Source: Thecamonas trahens ATCC 50062 (lineage: Eukaryota; Protista; Apusomonadida). Taken from it: a stretch of 64,000 nt of DNA. Below, piece by piece: positions 11,547 to 23,000 of this stretch. A model generated the notes under the pieces. That model was not told the origin of the DNA, searched no databases, and worked only from the letters and a program-made list of their open reading frames with translations. The position numbers and the translations under genes were made by a program. Each line of letters opens with the position of its first letter. The first letter of the stretch is position 1. Location: positions 273,498 to 337,497 of the forward strand of contig NW_013657670.1 of the NCBI RefSeq assembly GCF_000142905.1, read 5' to 3'.

Positions 11547-13453
11547 ATGTCCGAGAGCGAGCAGAAGCCCCAGGAAGTGGCAACAACGTTCAAGAAGTTG
11601 CTCGACAAGGCGCACCAGCTGTTTGCCGGCCTCCGTGACTTGCCGCAGTTTGGCAAGGCCTCGTGGCAGGCGTACTTTCAACGGACCTTTGCCCTGTTCA
11701 CAAAGGTACGCTCCCGCTGAGGGAAGGGTGTGTAGTCTTCGGGTGGCGGGGGTGTCTCACTGCTTGTCTGGTGCAACGACGGCGGCGGGGGGGCTGGGTG
11801 TGGGCGACGAGGGCGACGCAGGTGTGGCAGTACCAGCAGACCCATCGGGCCGTGCTGGAGGCGGTTGAGCATGGCGTGGCGCTGCAGCGGTGGCAAATCG
11901 GTGAGCTGGCGTCCAAGATCGGCCAGCTCTACTACCACTACTACGTGCGGACGTCCGAGGCGTCGTACCTTCTCGAAGCTGCCGTCTTCTACTCTGCCAT
12001 TCTTGAGCGCGGCTACTTTGATTCGTTTGGCGAGTCGCCGCCGGCAGGGCTGGCCGTCAAAAAGCTGCGGTACTGTGCTCGATTCGCTGTAGTGCTCCTC
12101 TTGCTGGACGCGCTCACGCCGCGGAGCCTCGGCTCGCCGACCAAGGGCGGGAGCAGCGGGAGCAGCAAGCGGTCGGCGTATGGGGTCGAGGCGGTCCGCG
12201 ACGTGCTCGAGGCCGCCATCCAGGCCTACGCGGTTGACTATGATCCGCCGGACGCTGCCGAGTGGGGTGAGGTCCTTGCCGAGCTCGACGCCTTCATCGC
12301 TGCCCGCAAGAGCCTCTCGCTGACAGATTCGGATGAGACGCCGGTGCCGTCGCTGCGGCTTCCAGTGGCGCACTCGGTCTCACCAAGCTCGCTCATCTCA
12401 GACGCGCTGCTTGTCTCGCACGTTTCCTCTGGCATCAAGTTCTCGGAGCTCACACTCGAGTCGTTCCGCATTATGCTCTCGCTCGAAGCCGCGCCACTCG
12501 ATGTCGATGGCGCGCTTTCGTCGCCGGTGGCCAACCCGCACAAGTACGTGTTGTACTCGCCGTCGGTGGCGCAGCTCCTCACGTTTGCCACGTGTGCGCT
12601 CAAGGAGAGCTCGTCGAGCGGGGTGCTCTTCCTCTACATCTTGGGCGAGACGACAGGGGCGGCGCCCAAGCTGAGCGCAGGCGACACCAGCGCTGCGGCT
12701 GCGGCTGCATCTTCCGGCGATGAGGGCACCGTTGCCATGACCGAGGATGCAGCTCGTCAGACAGGTACCTCGCTACTGGCCAGCGCAGGCGTCGCACTTG
12801 CGCCACACTCGACCGGCACCCAGACTGCCGAGTGGCGGGACGCGCTCACGCCTGGCGACTTGGCGGTCCTTGCACGACGCCCGCTGTTCTGTGAGATTGA
12901 TGTTGCCGGTGCCATCGGCTTCCTTGACCTTGTGGACATGGCAAACGTGTTTGGCTCGCCGGTGGCCGTCGTTGTGGCTGGGGCCCAGCTCCCACCCAAC
13001 TGGCCAGAGCACCTGGGCTCGCCGCTCTCGCTCTTCCTCACGGATCCACTGACGGCGTTTATGGCGTTGACCGGCGTGGCAAGCGTTGCCAAGGAGACGT
13101 ACGACATGGCGGCCACGGTTGTGGCCGCCGCCCAGGACACTGTGCTGGCTGTGATGGAAGAGGCACTCAGCCGCGGGGACCAGGCCGACGATCTCGATGC
13201 GGCGGCGCTCATCTTCTTCAGCGGCGACTCGTTCCTGTCCCGCCATGTTGCGCGACTTGCCTTTTACCTTGCTGTCTGTGCCATGCACGGCGAGATCTCC
13301 AAGGACCTGGCGAGTATTGTGCCGCAGATGAGGCCAAGCCTGCCGGACGCCATTGTGCGGGCCGAGTCTGTCCTCGAGCACGTCATCCAGCTTGCATCGA
13401 CGCTCTCGGTCACGTTGCAGTTCAACGATGTGTCAATGGTTGTTGTGAGCTAG
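11547..13453 (+). CDS. SCAI: SCAI (suppressor of cancer cell invasion, DUF3550) homologue; intron 11706-11821
   Basis: LLDKAHQLFAGLRDLPQFG..WQAYFQRTF..FTK|VWQYQQTHR and LQRWQIGELASKIGQLYYHYYVRTSE. The GTACGC...GCAG intron restores the frame. Confidence 0.95.
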
Positions 13454-13521
13454 CGAGTGGAGCTCAGGGGTGCAAATGTCGTGTCAACGGCGTGTAAAAG
13501 GGTTTAGCAAGCGCTTGGTTC

Positions 13522-14549
13522 TCACTTGGCCTTGGACTGGTTCTTGGTCGCCTCCACCTTGGCAGCGACCGCGGCAGCGTCGCCGAGGTAGACGCCGCTG
13601 AGCGGGCCGACGGAGCCTTCCTGCGCAATGGGGCGCATGTTGGCGTCGAGCTTGTAGACGAGCGGGACACCGGTGGGGATGTTGACGCCCGGGATGACAT
13701 CCTCGGCGATGTCGTCGAGGTGCTTGACCAGGGCGCGGAGCGAGTTTCCATGCGCGGCGACGAGGACGCGCTTGCCCGACTTGATGGCCGGAACAATGTC
13801 GCTCTCCCAGTACGGGAGGAACCGCTCGGCTGTGTCCTTGAGGCACTCGGAGCGCGGCAGGTCAGCCGGGTCGACGTCGGCGTACCGGCGGTCGTTGGCG
13901 GGAAGCATCGGCGAGTCGTCGGCAAGCGGCGGCGGTGGAACGTCGTACGACCGGCGCCAGATGTGAACTTGGTCGGCGCCGTGCTTCTCGGCCGTCTCGA
14001 TCTTGTTGAGCCCCTGTAGGGCGCCATAGTGCCGCTCGTTGAGCCGCCACGAGTGGTGAACCGGAATCCAGCACAGGTCCAGCGCCTCCAGCGAACGCCA
14101 CAGCGTGGTGATAGCCCGTCGAAGCACTGAAGTGTATGCCACGTCAAAGGTCAGGCCCGAATCGACAAGCATGGCTCCCGCAGCACGGGCCTCGGCCTCG
14201 CCAGTCTCGGAGAGCGGGACGTCGACCCAGCCGGTGAACCGGTTCGCCAAGTTCCACTCGGACTCGCCGTGACGCAGCAGGACCAGCGTATATGTCTGGT
14301 CCTCGCCGCCGATCTTGGCCCGCTTGCTGTCGGGCTCTCCTGGGAGGCAGCAGGCAACGCATGTGGGAGTATGAAAGAGCTTGGTGAGTGGAGCATGGCG
14401 GTGACTCGGTGAGATGTGCGTGCAGCGTGTTTGCCGCAGCCTCCATGCGGCTGGCCAGTCTGACTATACGCAGCGTCTTGCTCTTGCCCTAACCCTAACT
14501 CCCGCGGTCACGTACCCTCGAGTGTCGGCTTGGGGTGGGTGTCGGCCAT
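13522..14549 (-). CDS. gpmA: 2,3-bisphosphoglycerate-dependent phosphoglycerate mutase; intron 14340-14515
   Basis: [47 protein letters not shown]. The GTACGT...CCAG intron joins [12 protein letters not shown] in frame. Confidence 0.95.
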
Positions 14550-14777
14550 GGTGTATAGTTGTTGTGTGAGTGGGGTGGGGGGTGGGGCGGCTGGCTGGCC
14601 ACAGTGACGGGTGCGTGACGGGGGTGGGGCGGAGCATCGGCGGGGCGGGCAGGGGAGGGGGGGGGGGACAAGGTTTAGTTGCGTCGGTATTGATCGATCG
14701 CAATCGTAGCCTACTTTGCTGAGGGAGGGGAGGGGAGGGGGGGGGGGGATGGATAGTGTCGTCAAAGCCTCAGCCAG

Positions 14778-15284
14778 TCATGGGCATGGCGAGGAGGCGG
14801 GCGTCGAGCACAATGCAGAGCCGGAGCTAGAGCTAGAGCTAGAGCTAGAGCTAGCGACGGACGGGGCTGCAGTTGGAAGCTCTGACGTCTGGTAGTCCCA
14901 GATGGGGTAGTAGTCCCAGGGCGGCGGCGCAGTCTGGTGGCCCTGCATCTGGAGCCACTCGCACATGGCGGTGGAGAACGGCTCAGAGGTGGGCGCAGCG
15001 CCAGTCCTTGCCCGAGTCGCCTTCTTCTTGGCCAGCGCAGCCTCTCGCAGCGACATCACCGTCTCAGCCAGCGCTGTCATGCTGGTGTCCGTCTCGGCCG
15101 ACGACGCCGACGAACTCCGAGCTGCGACGGCGATGCCCGTAGCCCGAGCGTCCGCAGCCCGAGCGTCCGCAGCCCGAGCGTTCGCACCGGGGCCTGGACC
15201 CGGGCCCGCGTCGGGGCTAGCACCCCCGCTCGCGCCATACCCGTCGTTGACCTCCTCGGTCTGGTATGGAGCGAGCCAGTTCAT
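14778..15284 (-). CDS. Hypothetical low-complexity ORF, in frame with the upstream ORF across one TGA
   Basis: 168-aa ORF with an ATG in a GCCACCATG context. No family recognised. Confidence 0.35.
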   Translation of the reverse strand: MNWLAPYQTEEVNDGYGASGGASPDAGPGPGPGANARAADARAADARATGIAVAARSSSASSAETDTSMTALAETVMSLREAALAKKKATRARTGAAPTSEPFSTAMCEWLQMQGHQTAPPPWDYYPIWDYQTSELPTAAPSVASSSSSSSSSSGSALCSTPASSPCP

Positions 15285-15323
15285 GGTGGCGTGCTTGGGT
15301 CGAGTGGGGGGCGGAGCTTTAAC

Positions 15324-16646
15324 TCACCGACGCGGGCTGCGGACCGGCGGTGCCAGGCCGGGGTGGGCCAGCAGCTCGTTGATGACGCGGATGGCGCGGT
15401 ACGAGGTCGAGGTGAGGAGAAGCCTGGCCGATTGGATCTTGCTCGTCGACGCCAGACCGTGCTCGAGGTACCAGCCCGAGTTCTGGACCATGGTCGAGGC
15501 GAACCAGGCGTGGAGCGCAAGCTCGATGTGAGGGAGGAGCGATTGCGAGGCGTCGGGCAAAGACTCGGTCTCGGTCAGTAGCCAGAGCAGCGCGTCGTAG
15601 GTAGCGACATCGACAAGGGCGGCAGCCACGACGTGGGCATGGTCGCGGAGCCGGGCCCAGTAGTGGTGAAAGGCGACGTCGGACTCGGGCGAGCGCGCCA
15701 CTCGCGCCCGCCATCGCTTGACCAGTGTGTGTAGGACTCGCTCGAGACGCAGCCGGAGCGTGCTCCACTGCCAGCTGACGTCGCAGATGTGGTGGGCCGA
15801 TGCGAGACGCGCCGTCAGCGGCTGCGTCATGCGCCACGCCAGCGAGAGGCTCGCTACAACCGAGCCAGGCGCCATCCACTGGCTCGGCGCAGCCGCAGAG
15901 GCGCGGACAAGGTGTGCCAGCGCCGCAGCCTCGCCCGGCGGCATGCCGGTGAGGCCAAGCGCGAGATGTGCAACGAGTGTGCCTAGCGCCTGCAGCGGGC
16001 CGACAGCCACGTCAGGCGCCTCCCACGCCGCCTCGGCCGCTAGGCCCACCATTCGCTGTGCTGTCACCAGCCGCAGCGCCACTGCTTGCTGCGCACCAAG
16101 CTTGCGTGGGCTCTGCCGCTGCAGCGCTGTGCCCAGTGCGTATGTGGCCAGAATCCGGAGCGTGAGCCCAGCGTGGACTCTTGTCAGCGATGCTGACGCC
16201 GACGCCGCTCGGAGCACCGCACGGCCGACAACAATCGTCACCGCATCCGCCAGCGCACCGCCGAGCGCCAGCGCTGCCGCACTTGGCTCGGGCACTCCGC
16301 GCCAGGCATTGTCGGCCAAGTCGCCCATCGATCGCGCCGCATGCCACCCGATGCCGTCGTCGGCGGCTACAAGGACCGCGCCGTCAGCCTCGCCCACTGC
16401 CAGGCTCAGCGCCGCGCCACCGCCGACCGCCGCCAGCACCACCCGCCCCACAGCGGGCAGTGTGTGCGGCCTGGCTCCTGCGCCTGCACCTTGCGCGCCA
16501 ACCGCGATCACAGCTGCCATCAACGAGTCAGGCTCGTCCTCGCCTGCGGCAGCCGAGGTGGTCGCAGCCGCAGCGGCCGCGGGCTGCAGCTGGTGCAGCA
16601 GCCGCAGTAGCCGAGTGCGGGCAGGCGGGAAAGCAGAGGAGGCCAT
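15324..16646 (-). CDS. Hypothetical helical protein with an N-terminal PTS2-like nonapeptide
   Basis: Long Ala/Leu-rich ORF that fills the gap between recognised genes. It begins MASSAFPPARTRLLRLLHQL. Confidence 0.55.
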   Translation of the reverse strand: MASSAFPPARTRLLRLLHQLQPAAAAAATTSAAAGEDEPDSLMAAVIAVGAQGAGAGARPHTLPAVGRVVLAAVGGGAALSLAVGEADGAVLVAADDGIGWHAARSMGDLADNAWRGVPEPSAAALALGGALADAVTIVVGRAVLRAASASASLTRVHAGLTLRILATYALGTALQRQSPRKLGAQQAVALRLVTAQRMVGLAAEAAWEAPDVAVGPLQALGTLVAHLALGLTGMPPGEAAALAHLVRASAAAPSQWMAPGSVVASLSLAWRMTQPLTARLASAHHICDVSWQWSTLRLRLERVLHTLVKRWRARVARSPESDVAFHHYWARLRDHAHVVAAALVDVATYDALLWLLTETESLPDASQSLLPHIELALHAWFASTMVQNSGWYLEHGLASTSKIQSARLLLTSTSYRAIRVINELLAHPGLAPPVRSPRR

Positions 16647-17364
16647 CGCATGCACGAGGGCAGAGGTGAGTGTCGTGGTGTGCGTGGGAGACTGAGTCTG
16701 GCTGCGGCTGCAGGAGTCGGTGCTGGCATCGTGCCAGGTGAGGGAAGGAGGAATGCAGGAACACTGTTGCCACATCTGCAGCGCCCCTACATCGGAAGCA
16801 TCGGGCTTTGGAACAGATGGTGCCTCGGCAAAGTGTTTCTAGATCCGGCAGAGAGGGGGCGAAATCAGGGCGGTGTGGGCGCAGTTTGTCAGCATGCGTG
16901 GCTTGGCATGTGGCATGGCTTGCGATTGCTGGCATGAGGTGCAGCGCCCATCGTGACTATTGTATTGTGTCCACGTGAAAGAATTGAAGGAGGCAACACA
17001 AAAAATACGTTCGTTCGTTCGTACAAACATGCGAACGAAGCATGCAAACAAACGAAATGAATGAAGGACAACCACGAGACCAAGTAAAGTCAACCAACGA
17101 ATCAATGGAACGAATGAGAAGGTGACTTGCTACAAATCGGGTTGGGACGGACTGCAGTTGGGCGACCGGTGGCAGTCCTTGTTTCGTCCTACCGCTCACT
17201 AGCATACTCTCGACTCGGTATGTGCAACGGAGGAAGGGGGTAAAGAGCGGGTGGTGCACGGGAGCGTGAGAGGGGGGGATGGGAATTGGGTGCTAGAGGG
17301 GGGGGGGGGGGGTGCAGGGACATGGTCACAACAGGTGTGTGCTCGTGGGCGGGGGCACAGGGGG

Positions 17365-17680
17365 AAGAAGGCTTTCACCTTCGTCTGCTGTAAGCCGCTC
17401 ATCGCGAGCGCTGCTGTCAATTATTCCGAATTCGACGGTGGGCTACCCTAGTTGGTGCGGCTCGTGAGGCGGTAGCAGACGACAGAGGCTGAGGTACAGA
17501 GGCTGAGGATGGTGTCCTTGTATGCAGCTTGCTCTGTGTTCACTTGCCGGTCTGGATGCGGTGCTGCTGTACCCCCTGCCGCCATGGCCTCGCTCGCCTT
17601 CCGGCTGGTGGGCCAGGTTGTCATTTTTCGGTTGTTCCGCCCGAACGAGCCGGCGAGTCCCCTCTTGCGGGCGCACATGA
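17365..17680 (+). ncRNA. Candidate structured ncRNA (three long hairpins, Sm-like site, terminal hairpin then ACA)
   Basis: Hand-folded stems: 17381-90/17473-82, 17402-09/17460-67, 17482-87/17532-37, 17546-50/17601-05. AUUUUUCG at 17623-30. CGCCCG/CGGGCG at 17638-73. Confidence 0.45.
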
Positions 17681-17852
17681 CCTCGACGGGTGTGGACGGA
17701 GGGGTGGTGGGGGGGAGGGGGGGAGGGGGGATAGGTAGGCGATGGCGGTGCAACTCACATTTGCGAGCGGGGCGGTAATGTGTGACTGGCGGCTGGCTAC
17801 GACGACGGCGACGACGATGCGGTGGGGGTAACTGATGTGCGTAGTGCCCAAC

Positions 17853-18134
17853 ATGGCTGACAACGAGCCGGATCTTTCCAAGATGACGGACGAGGAGAAG
17901 GCATTCTACCAGAAGTACGGCAAGATGCCGCCCAAGGCTACCGAGAAGTTCCGCCGCGCCCGCGGCGGCAAGCGCATTTTCGACTCGGCTGACTACTCGA
18001 TGCAGATGGCTGGCGTTAAGGGCAAGATCGGTGGCGGCGGCCTGCTGCGCAAGAAGATGACGCTGCCGGCTGGTGCCGCGGCGTCGGGCGCCAACGCCAC
18101 CACGCCCACAGGAGACGCGGGCGAGGACGAGTAG
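17853..18134 (+). CDS. ENSA: Endosulfine/ARPP-19 family PP2A-B55 inhibitor
   Basis: KYGKMP followed by the Greatwall phosphosite motif KRIFDSADY; 93 aa. An acceptor (ACTGAT...GTAG) just upstream suggests a 5'-UTR intron. Confidence 0.92.
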   Translation: MADNEPDLSKMTDEEKAFYQKYGKMPPKATEKFRRARGGKRIFDSADYSMQMAGVKGKIGGGGLLRKKMTLPAGAAASGANATTPTGDAGEDE

Positions 18135-18393
18135 TGTGGCGGTGCAAGTTGCCCGGCCCCGTGAGCAAGTGAATACATCGTGAGAACGAGTCCTAGTTGT
18201 TTCCTATGTACCAGGCCTTGGAAGCAGTGAGTCCACTTGGGGCAAAAGGCCATGCGTTGCTCGCTTCCCCTCGACTTCTGCACCTGAACCTGGCCATCAT
18301 TCTTGCCCTTACTCACGACTCTCCGGTCCATGTAGTTTGGTCCGGCTTCGTCGAGCTGGGGCGCACACACATACACATAGTATCATGCGACGA

Positions 18394-18430
<37 letters not shown>

Positions 18431-19137
18431 TGTATTGTATTCATTAACGGCACTGCAACGCGGGGAGAGGGAGGGAGGGGAAGCAAGAGGGAGGGAGAAG
18501 ACGGGCAGGGCGGGGCATGACGAGGTCTGCGACGGGCAGTACTGAGCGGGTACGGGAAAATCGATCGGGAAGAGGGCGTTAGAAGCTCTGCGGGAAAGAA
18601 CTCTTCGGCGTGGATGGGGCTCTGTGGCGTGGATGGGTGAGGAGGAGTTAGTGAGAGGAGAAGGGAAGGAAGGGAAGGGAAGGGGAAAGTTGTAGGCAGA
18701 GTGAGCAAAGGAGATGATGTACCACACCCGTATAAAGCGTCCAACATTAACGATGGAGCAGGAAGTAGCGTGGGTTCTTCTGCCAGTCCCCTCTTGCGAG
18801 GCGCGAGCAACAATGGATGCAAGCGGCAATGGGCGGGGGCTGGGTAGGAGCAGGGGTAGGGAAGGAGGAGGGCTTGGCCTGGAGCAGGGGCCCCAGGCTT
18901 CAGCGTTGTCGAGAGAGGAGGTGCAAGGGCAAGTTGAAATATTGGATGCTGGTTGGTCGACCACTTTGTCTGCGTGTGTGTCCGTCACATGGGCTTGGCT
19001 ATCTGCGCTCTGCCACAGCCCTGCATCCGCATCATCCCGGCGGCAGCAACGCTTGTTGGGAGAGTGCTTGGAACCGATGTGTAGGTGAATGCGGGTCGAT
19101 TGTCATTTACACAGATGAAGGGTCCATGACAAGGGTA

Positions 19138-19638
19138 CTAGGCCTCCTGCTCGAGGACCTCGACGTCGAAGATGAGGAACGAGTTGGGCGGGATGACCGG
19201 GGGATGGCCGCCGGGGCCGTAGGCGTAGTCGGGCGAGGCGTAGAGGAGAGCGCGCTCGCCGATGCGCATGGTGGCGACGCCTTCGTCCCAGGCCGAGATG
19301 ACGCGGCCTGCGCCGAGCGGGAAGCGGAAGGGCCGGCCCTTGTCGCGGGACGAGTCGAACTTATCGCCATTGGTCAGGGTGCCGGTGTAGTGGACGACGA
19401 CCTCTTTGCCCTGGGTGGCTAGCGGAGCGTCTTCGGGTGCTTCCGTGGTGATCTCCTTGAAGAACCCGTTCTTGGCCGCCTTCTTCAACGCCTTGCACAA
19501 CTTCTTGTGGTTGTTCTCTTTCCAGTCCTTGCCCTGGCACTCGGCGCCACAGTAGAGCACTCCCTTGCAACCAGCGCACTGCTGGAGCTCCGTCTCCTCA
19601 GTCCCACAGTTCTGGCAGCGGATCGGTCCCGACGACAT
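19138..19638 (-). CDS. zf-MYND + FKBP-type peptidyl-prolyl isomerase fusion
   Basis: CQNC..CAGC..YCGAECQGKDW...HKKLC (MYND), then VHYTGTL..G.KFDSSRD, VISAWDEG, AYG, IPPNSFLIFDVE (FKBP). Confidence 0.93.
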   Translation of the reverse strand: MSSGPIRCQNCGTEETELQQCAGCKGVLYCGAECQGKDWKENNHKKLCKALKKAAKNGFFKEITTEAPEDAPLATQGKEVVVHYTGTLTNGDKFDSSRDKGRPFRFPLGAGRVISAWDEGVATMRIGERALLYASPDYAYGPGGHPPVIPPNSFLIFDVEVLEQEA

Positions 19639-20089
19639 TCTTCTTACTTTCTCTCAACACGTACGTCAAGTGTGTCTGTGTCTCTGTCGCTGCCTGCCGC
19701 TCCCCACCCTCCCCCTCGAGCTCGTACTCACAACACACGCCACCCGCCCACAAACTGCCATCACACCCTTCATCTCAATAGAGGAGAACTTTCATCGATC
19801 CCGTCCCGCAATCAGTCCACATCTGCATTCTCTTCCCCAACCCCTGCATCGCCGGCCTTCATTTCCCCCTCTCCCCTCGCTCCCGCTCATCAGCCGCTCA
19901 TCGGCCATATCACCCGCTCGCTGTCTTGGCGCCGACAGCCGGTTGGCGCCACTGCACGACCCCCGCCAACCGCCAACCGCCACCACCTCTGCCGGCACAC
20001 CCACCTCTCCCCGCTGCTGCCACCACCACCACTACTACTACTACTCCAACCACCACCACCACCACCCCCGACCGGAGATATAGAGAGCC

Positions 20090-23000
20090 ATGGCAGCCAA
20101 TGTGCTCCCGCTCCTCGGCTCGTCAACCTATGCCCATCGGAGCCATCATACACCGGTCCTCGCCCCGCTCGCAGCGGCGGCGACAGCGGAAGACGGAGAG
20201 TCCGCCAGCCCGGTCTTCGGCTCACAGCATCCTTGTCGTGACGCAGAGGCCAACGCACCACCATCGGTGTCCAAGTGGTCACGCCGCGTCCTCGCCGAAG
20301 ACAACACCAATCGTGTCTACTTTGACGGGGTAGAGTACACCGGGGCATACCAGCCGGTCTTTGACACCTCAGCCGATCTGCACGCACCCACCGTCTCGGT
20401 CGCCTTGCGCACCAGCCATCACCCAGACGCTGGCCTCTCGCCAATCTCCTCGCGCCTTGCCTCTACTAACGACACCATCCGCGCTCTGCTTGACCGCTCA
20501 AACTCGCTCCTTCAGCGCTCGCCGCCGTCTGGTCGCGTCATGAGCTCCGACCACATCTACCAGCCCGGCGAGTCGTTCAACCTAGGTCCGCTCGCCGACG
20601 CCAGTGCCGTCGTCCCCCCAGCGCTTGCCCCGTCGTTGCAGCGGCAGACAAGTCCTAATGATGATGCCGACGTCGCCGACGATGGCGACGACGCACGAGC
20701 GCTCGACATCCGCCCGGCTCCGATCGTCACCGTCGCCGACACCAGCGAGATCGAACGTGATGCCACCGCCAGTCCTCCGCAGCGCCCGCTCGATACCACC
20801 GAGTCCCGCATCCAAGCCACGCTCGATGCGGCGCTGACCAGCGCGCGTTCTACCCAGCCACAGCAGGACCCCGACGCGACGCTGCTAGACGAATCCAGCT
20901 TTGCCGACGGCAACGAGTCGATGGCCCAGGTCGCGCTCAACGAGTCGGTCGCTCGCCTCAAGTCGGCCGAGGCCCGCGTCGAGGCACTGCTTGCCAAGCG
21001 TCGCGCTGAGCGCGCCCGGGCAGGCGCCAGCGGACCCAACGCCCTCGTACCGCGCTCGGCTGCACGTACCACCGCCGCCAACGACCTAGCCATGACTCAC
21101 TCGCAGTGGTCTGAGCTCGACGTCCTCGAGCCGGCCTCGGACTTTCCCCAGCCCGACCACTACCTTTCGGCTCGTGCCGCATACCTCATCGATCCTAATG
21201 CGCCCTCACACCGCGCCTCGCCGCTCGCCACCCTTCAGGAGACCTCGCTGGGCGCCTGCATTCGCTCCGAGGACCGCGACTACAACGCTGCCGGTGACCC
21301 TCACAACGTCTCCGGTGCCGCCCATGACGCGGGCGAAGCCTCGTTTGTCTTTCCTGCCCATCCAGCCTCGTCCTCGTTCGCCCGCTCGGTCCCCACCGCC
21401 GCGCCTGCCTCGATCGGCTTTATCCGCGACGTCTTTGACCCGGCGTTTGAGCCCGCAGACTCAGCGCCGCATGCCGCTGCACGCACTACCATCGCTAATC
21501 TCTCGCACACTCTCTCGCCGTCGTCTGAAAACATGCCGCCGTGCGGGCCCGGAAACGTCTCGTTTGCCGCCTCGCCCTCGCGCGTCACCACGTTTGACGT
21601 CTCCGCTCCGCCGTCAGCCATCAAGGCCTCGGCCTCTGTGCTACATGAGCGCGCGGCATCGGCCGCGCTCGACGAGTCCGAGCTTGATGGGCCTGAACTC
21701 GACAACCCGTCTCAGGCGCTCTCGCTAGGCGCGCTCTCATCCGAGTGCTCTGATGAGGACGCCATCGAAGAGGACGCCATCCCGCCGCCAGAGACCGAGC
21801 TGCCACCAACCCAGCTCGCACTCTACTATCTCGAGTACGTCGCTCACAAGCGCCGGCCAGTCCGCGCCCTTGCCATGGAGCATGTGCTGGACGTGGTGAC
21901 TCGGACCAAGCCCTCGTTCACCGAGCATGTCCATGCCGCCAACTCGGCCGAGTTTGCCTCGTTTGCGCTCGAGCGCATCGTGCAGTGCATCATCAACAAC
22001 CTCGAGCGGTTCGAGGTCGACGGCGGCTCGTCGCTCAACTACTCGGCCGCCCAGATCCTGCTTGTTTTAGGGGCACCGTACATTGACCCCGCCCTGCCGG
22101 TTCTCCAAGTCATGCTCCGCAACCCGCTGCTCAACCTCGCCACCCATGAGATGGTCGTCAATGCGCTCCTGGCTGCAGGCTCTGCAGGCATCACTGCGCT
22201 CATGGAGCTCGCCCAGGACGAGGGCTTTACCGGCAACGCTCGCCTCCTCCTCAACGCGCTCGCCGCACACGGCCCCATCCGCACCCATGTCGTCGTCCCG
22301 GAGCTCATCCGCATGGTCGCAACCGGCCCGACCTCATCGCGCGCCGTCGCCGTCCTAGCCCTCTCCAAGATGCTCGACGCCGCCGCGCCGGCCATCCCGG
22401 TCCTCCGCAACGCCCTCCTCTCTGGCTCGGTCGACCGCTATCTCGTGGTCCAGGCCCTGCGGACCGCCGGCGACGACGGCGAAGCCGTGCTCATCGAGCT
22501 CCTGGCCACCGCCCGCAACGCCGCTGTTCGCGCTGCCGCCGTCCGCGGCCTCGGCCTCCCGCGCTTCCACATGGCCAGCGATGCCCGCCTCGTCGCCCGT
22601 GCCACCTCGCTCCACGTATGCGTTGAGGCCGACCTGGCCTCTGCCGCCACACACGCCCCGCACGATCCACACTACGTCTACCTTCTCCCGCCAGACGCCT
22701 CGGCTACCACAACCGTCCGCGCCGACGGCAACGAGCTCCCTACCGACGCCGAGGAGCGCCTCGTCGTTGACGCCCGCGAATTGGTCTCTTCCATTCGCCG
22801 CGCCCTTGTCCGCGGCGTGTTTGATGATCCCAAGCCGTCGGCCGACTCGGCTCGCGCCGCCGCCCAACTCACCATCGACGCCCACGCTGCCGCCGCCGCT
22901 GACGCCGCAGCAGCAGCAGCGTCTCCGTCGGTTTCAGGCACTGTCGAGCCGTTTGTGCGCGAGGAGCACACCGAAGCCGCTCTCGTCGCCATCGGGCACG

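Noticed and set aside
14488-14500. CCCTAACCCTAAC, which contains the vertebrate telomerase template / two telomeric repeats
   Set aside because: It lies in the dPGM intron. The downstream sequence is the antisense of exon 1 with no pseudoknot-like tract, and two units are too few for an interstitial telomere.
18140-19130. Possible small multi-exon gene between endosulfine and MYND-FKBP
   Set aside because: Splice-like signals are present, but I could not build a coherent frame or recognise a product.
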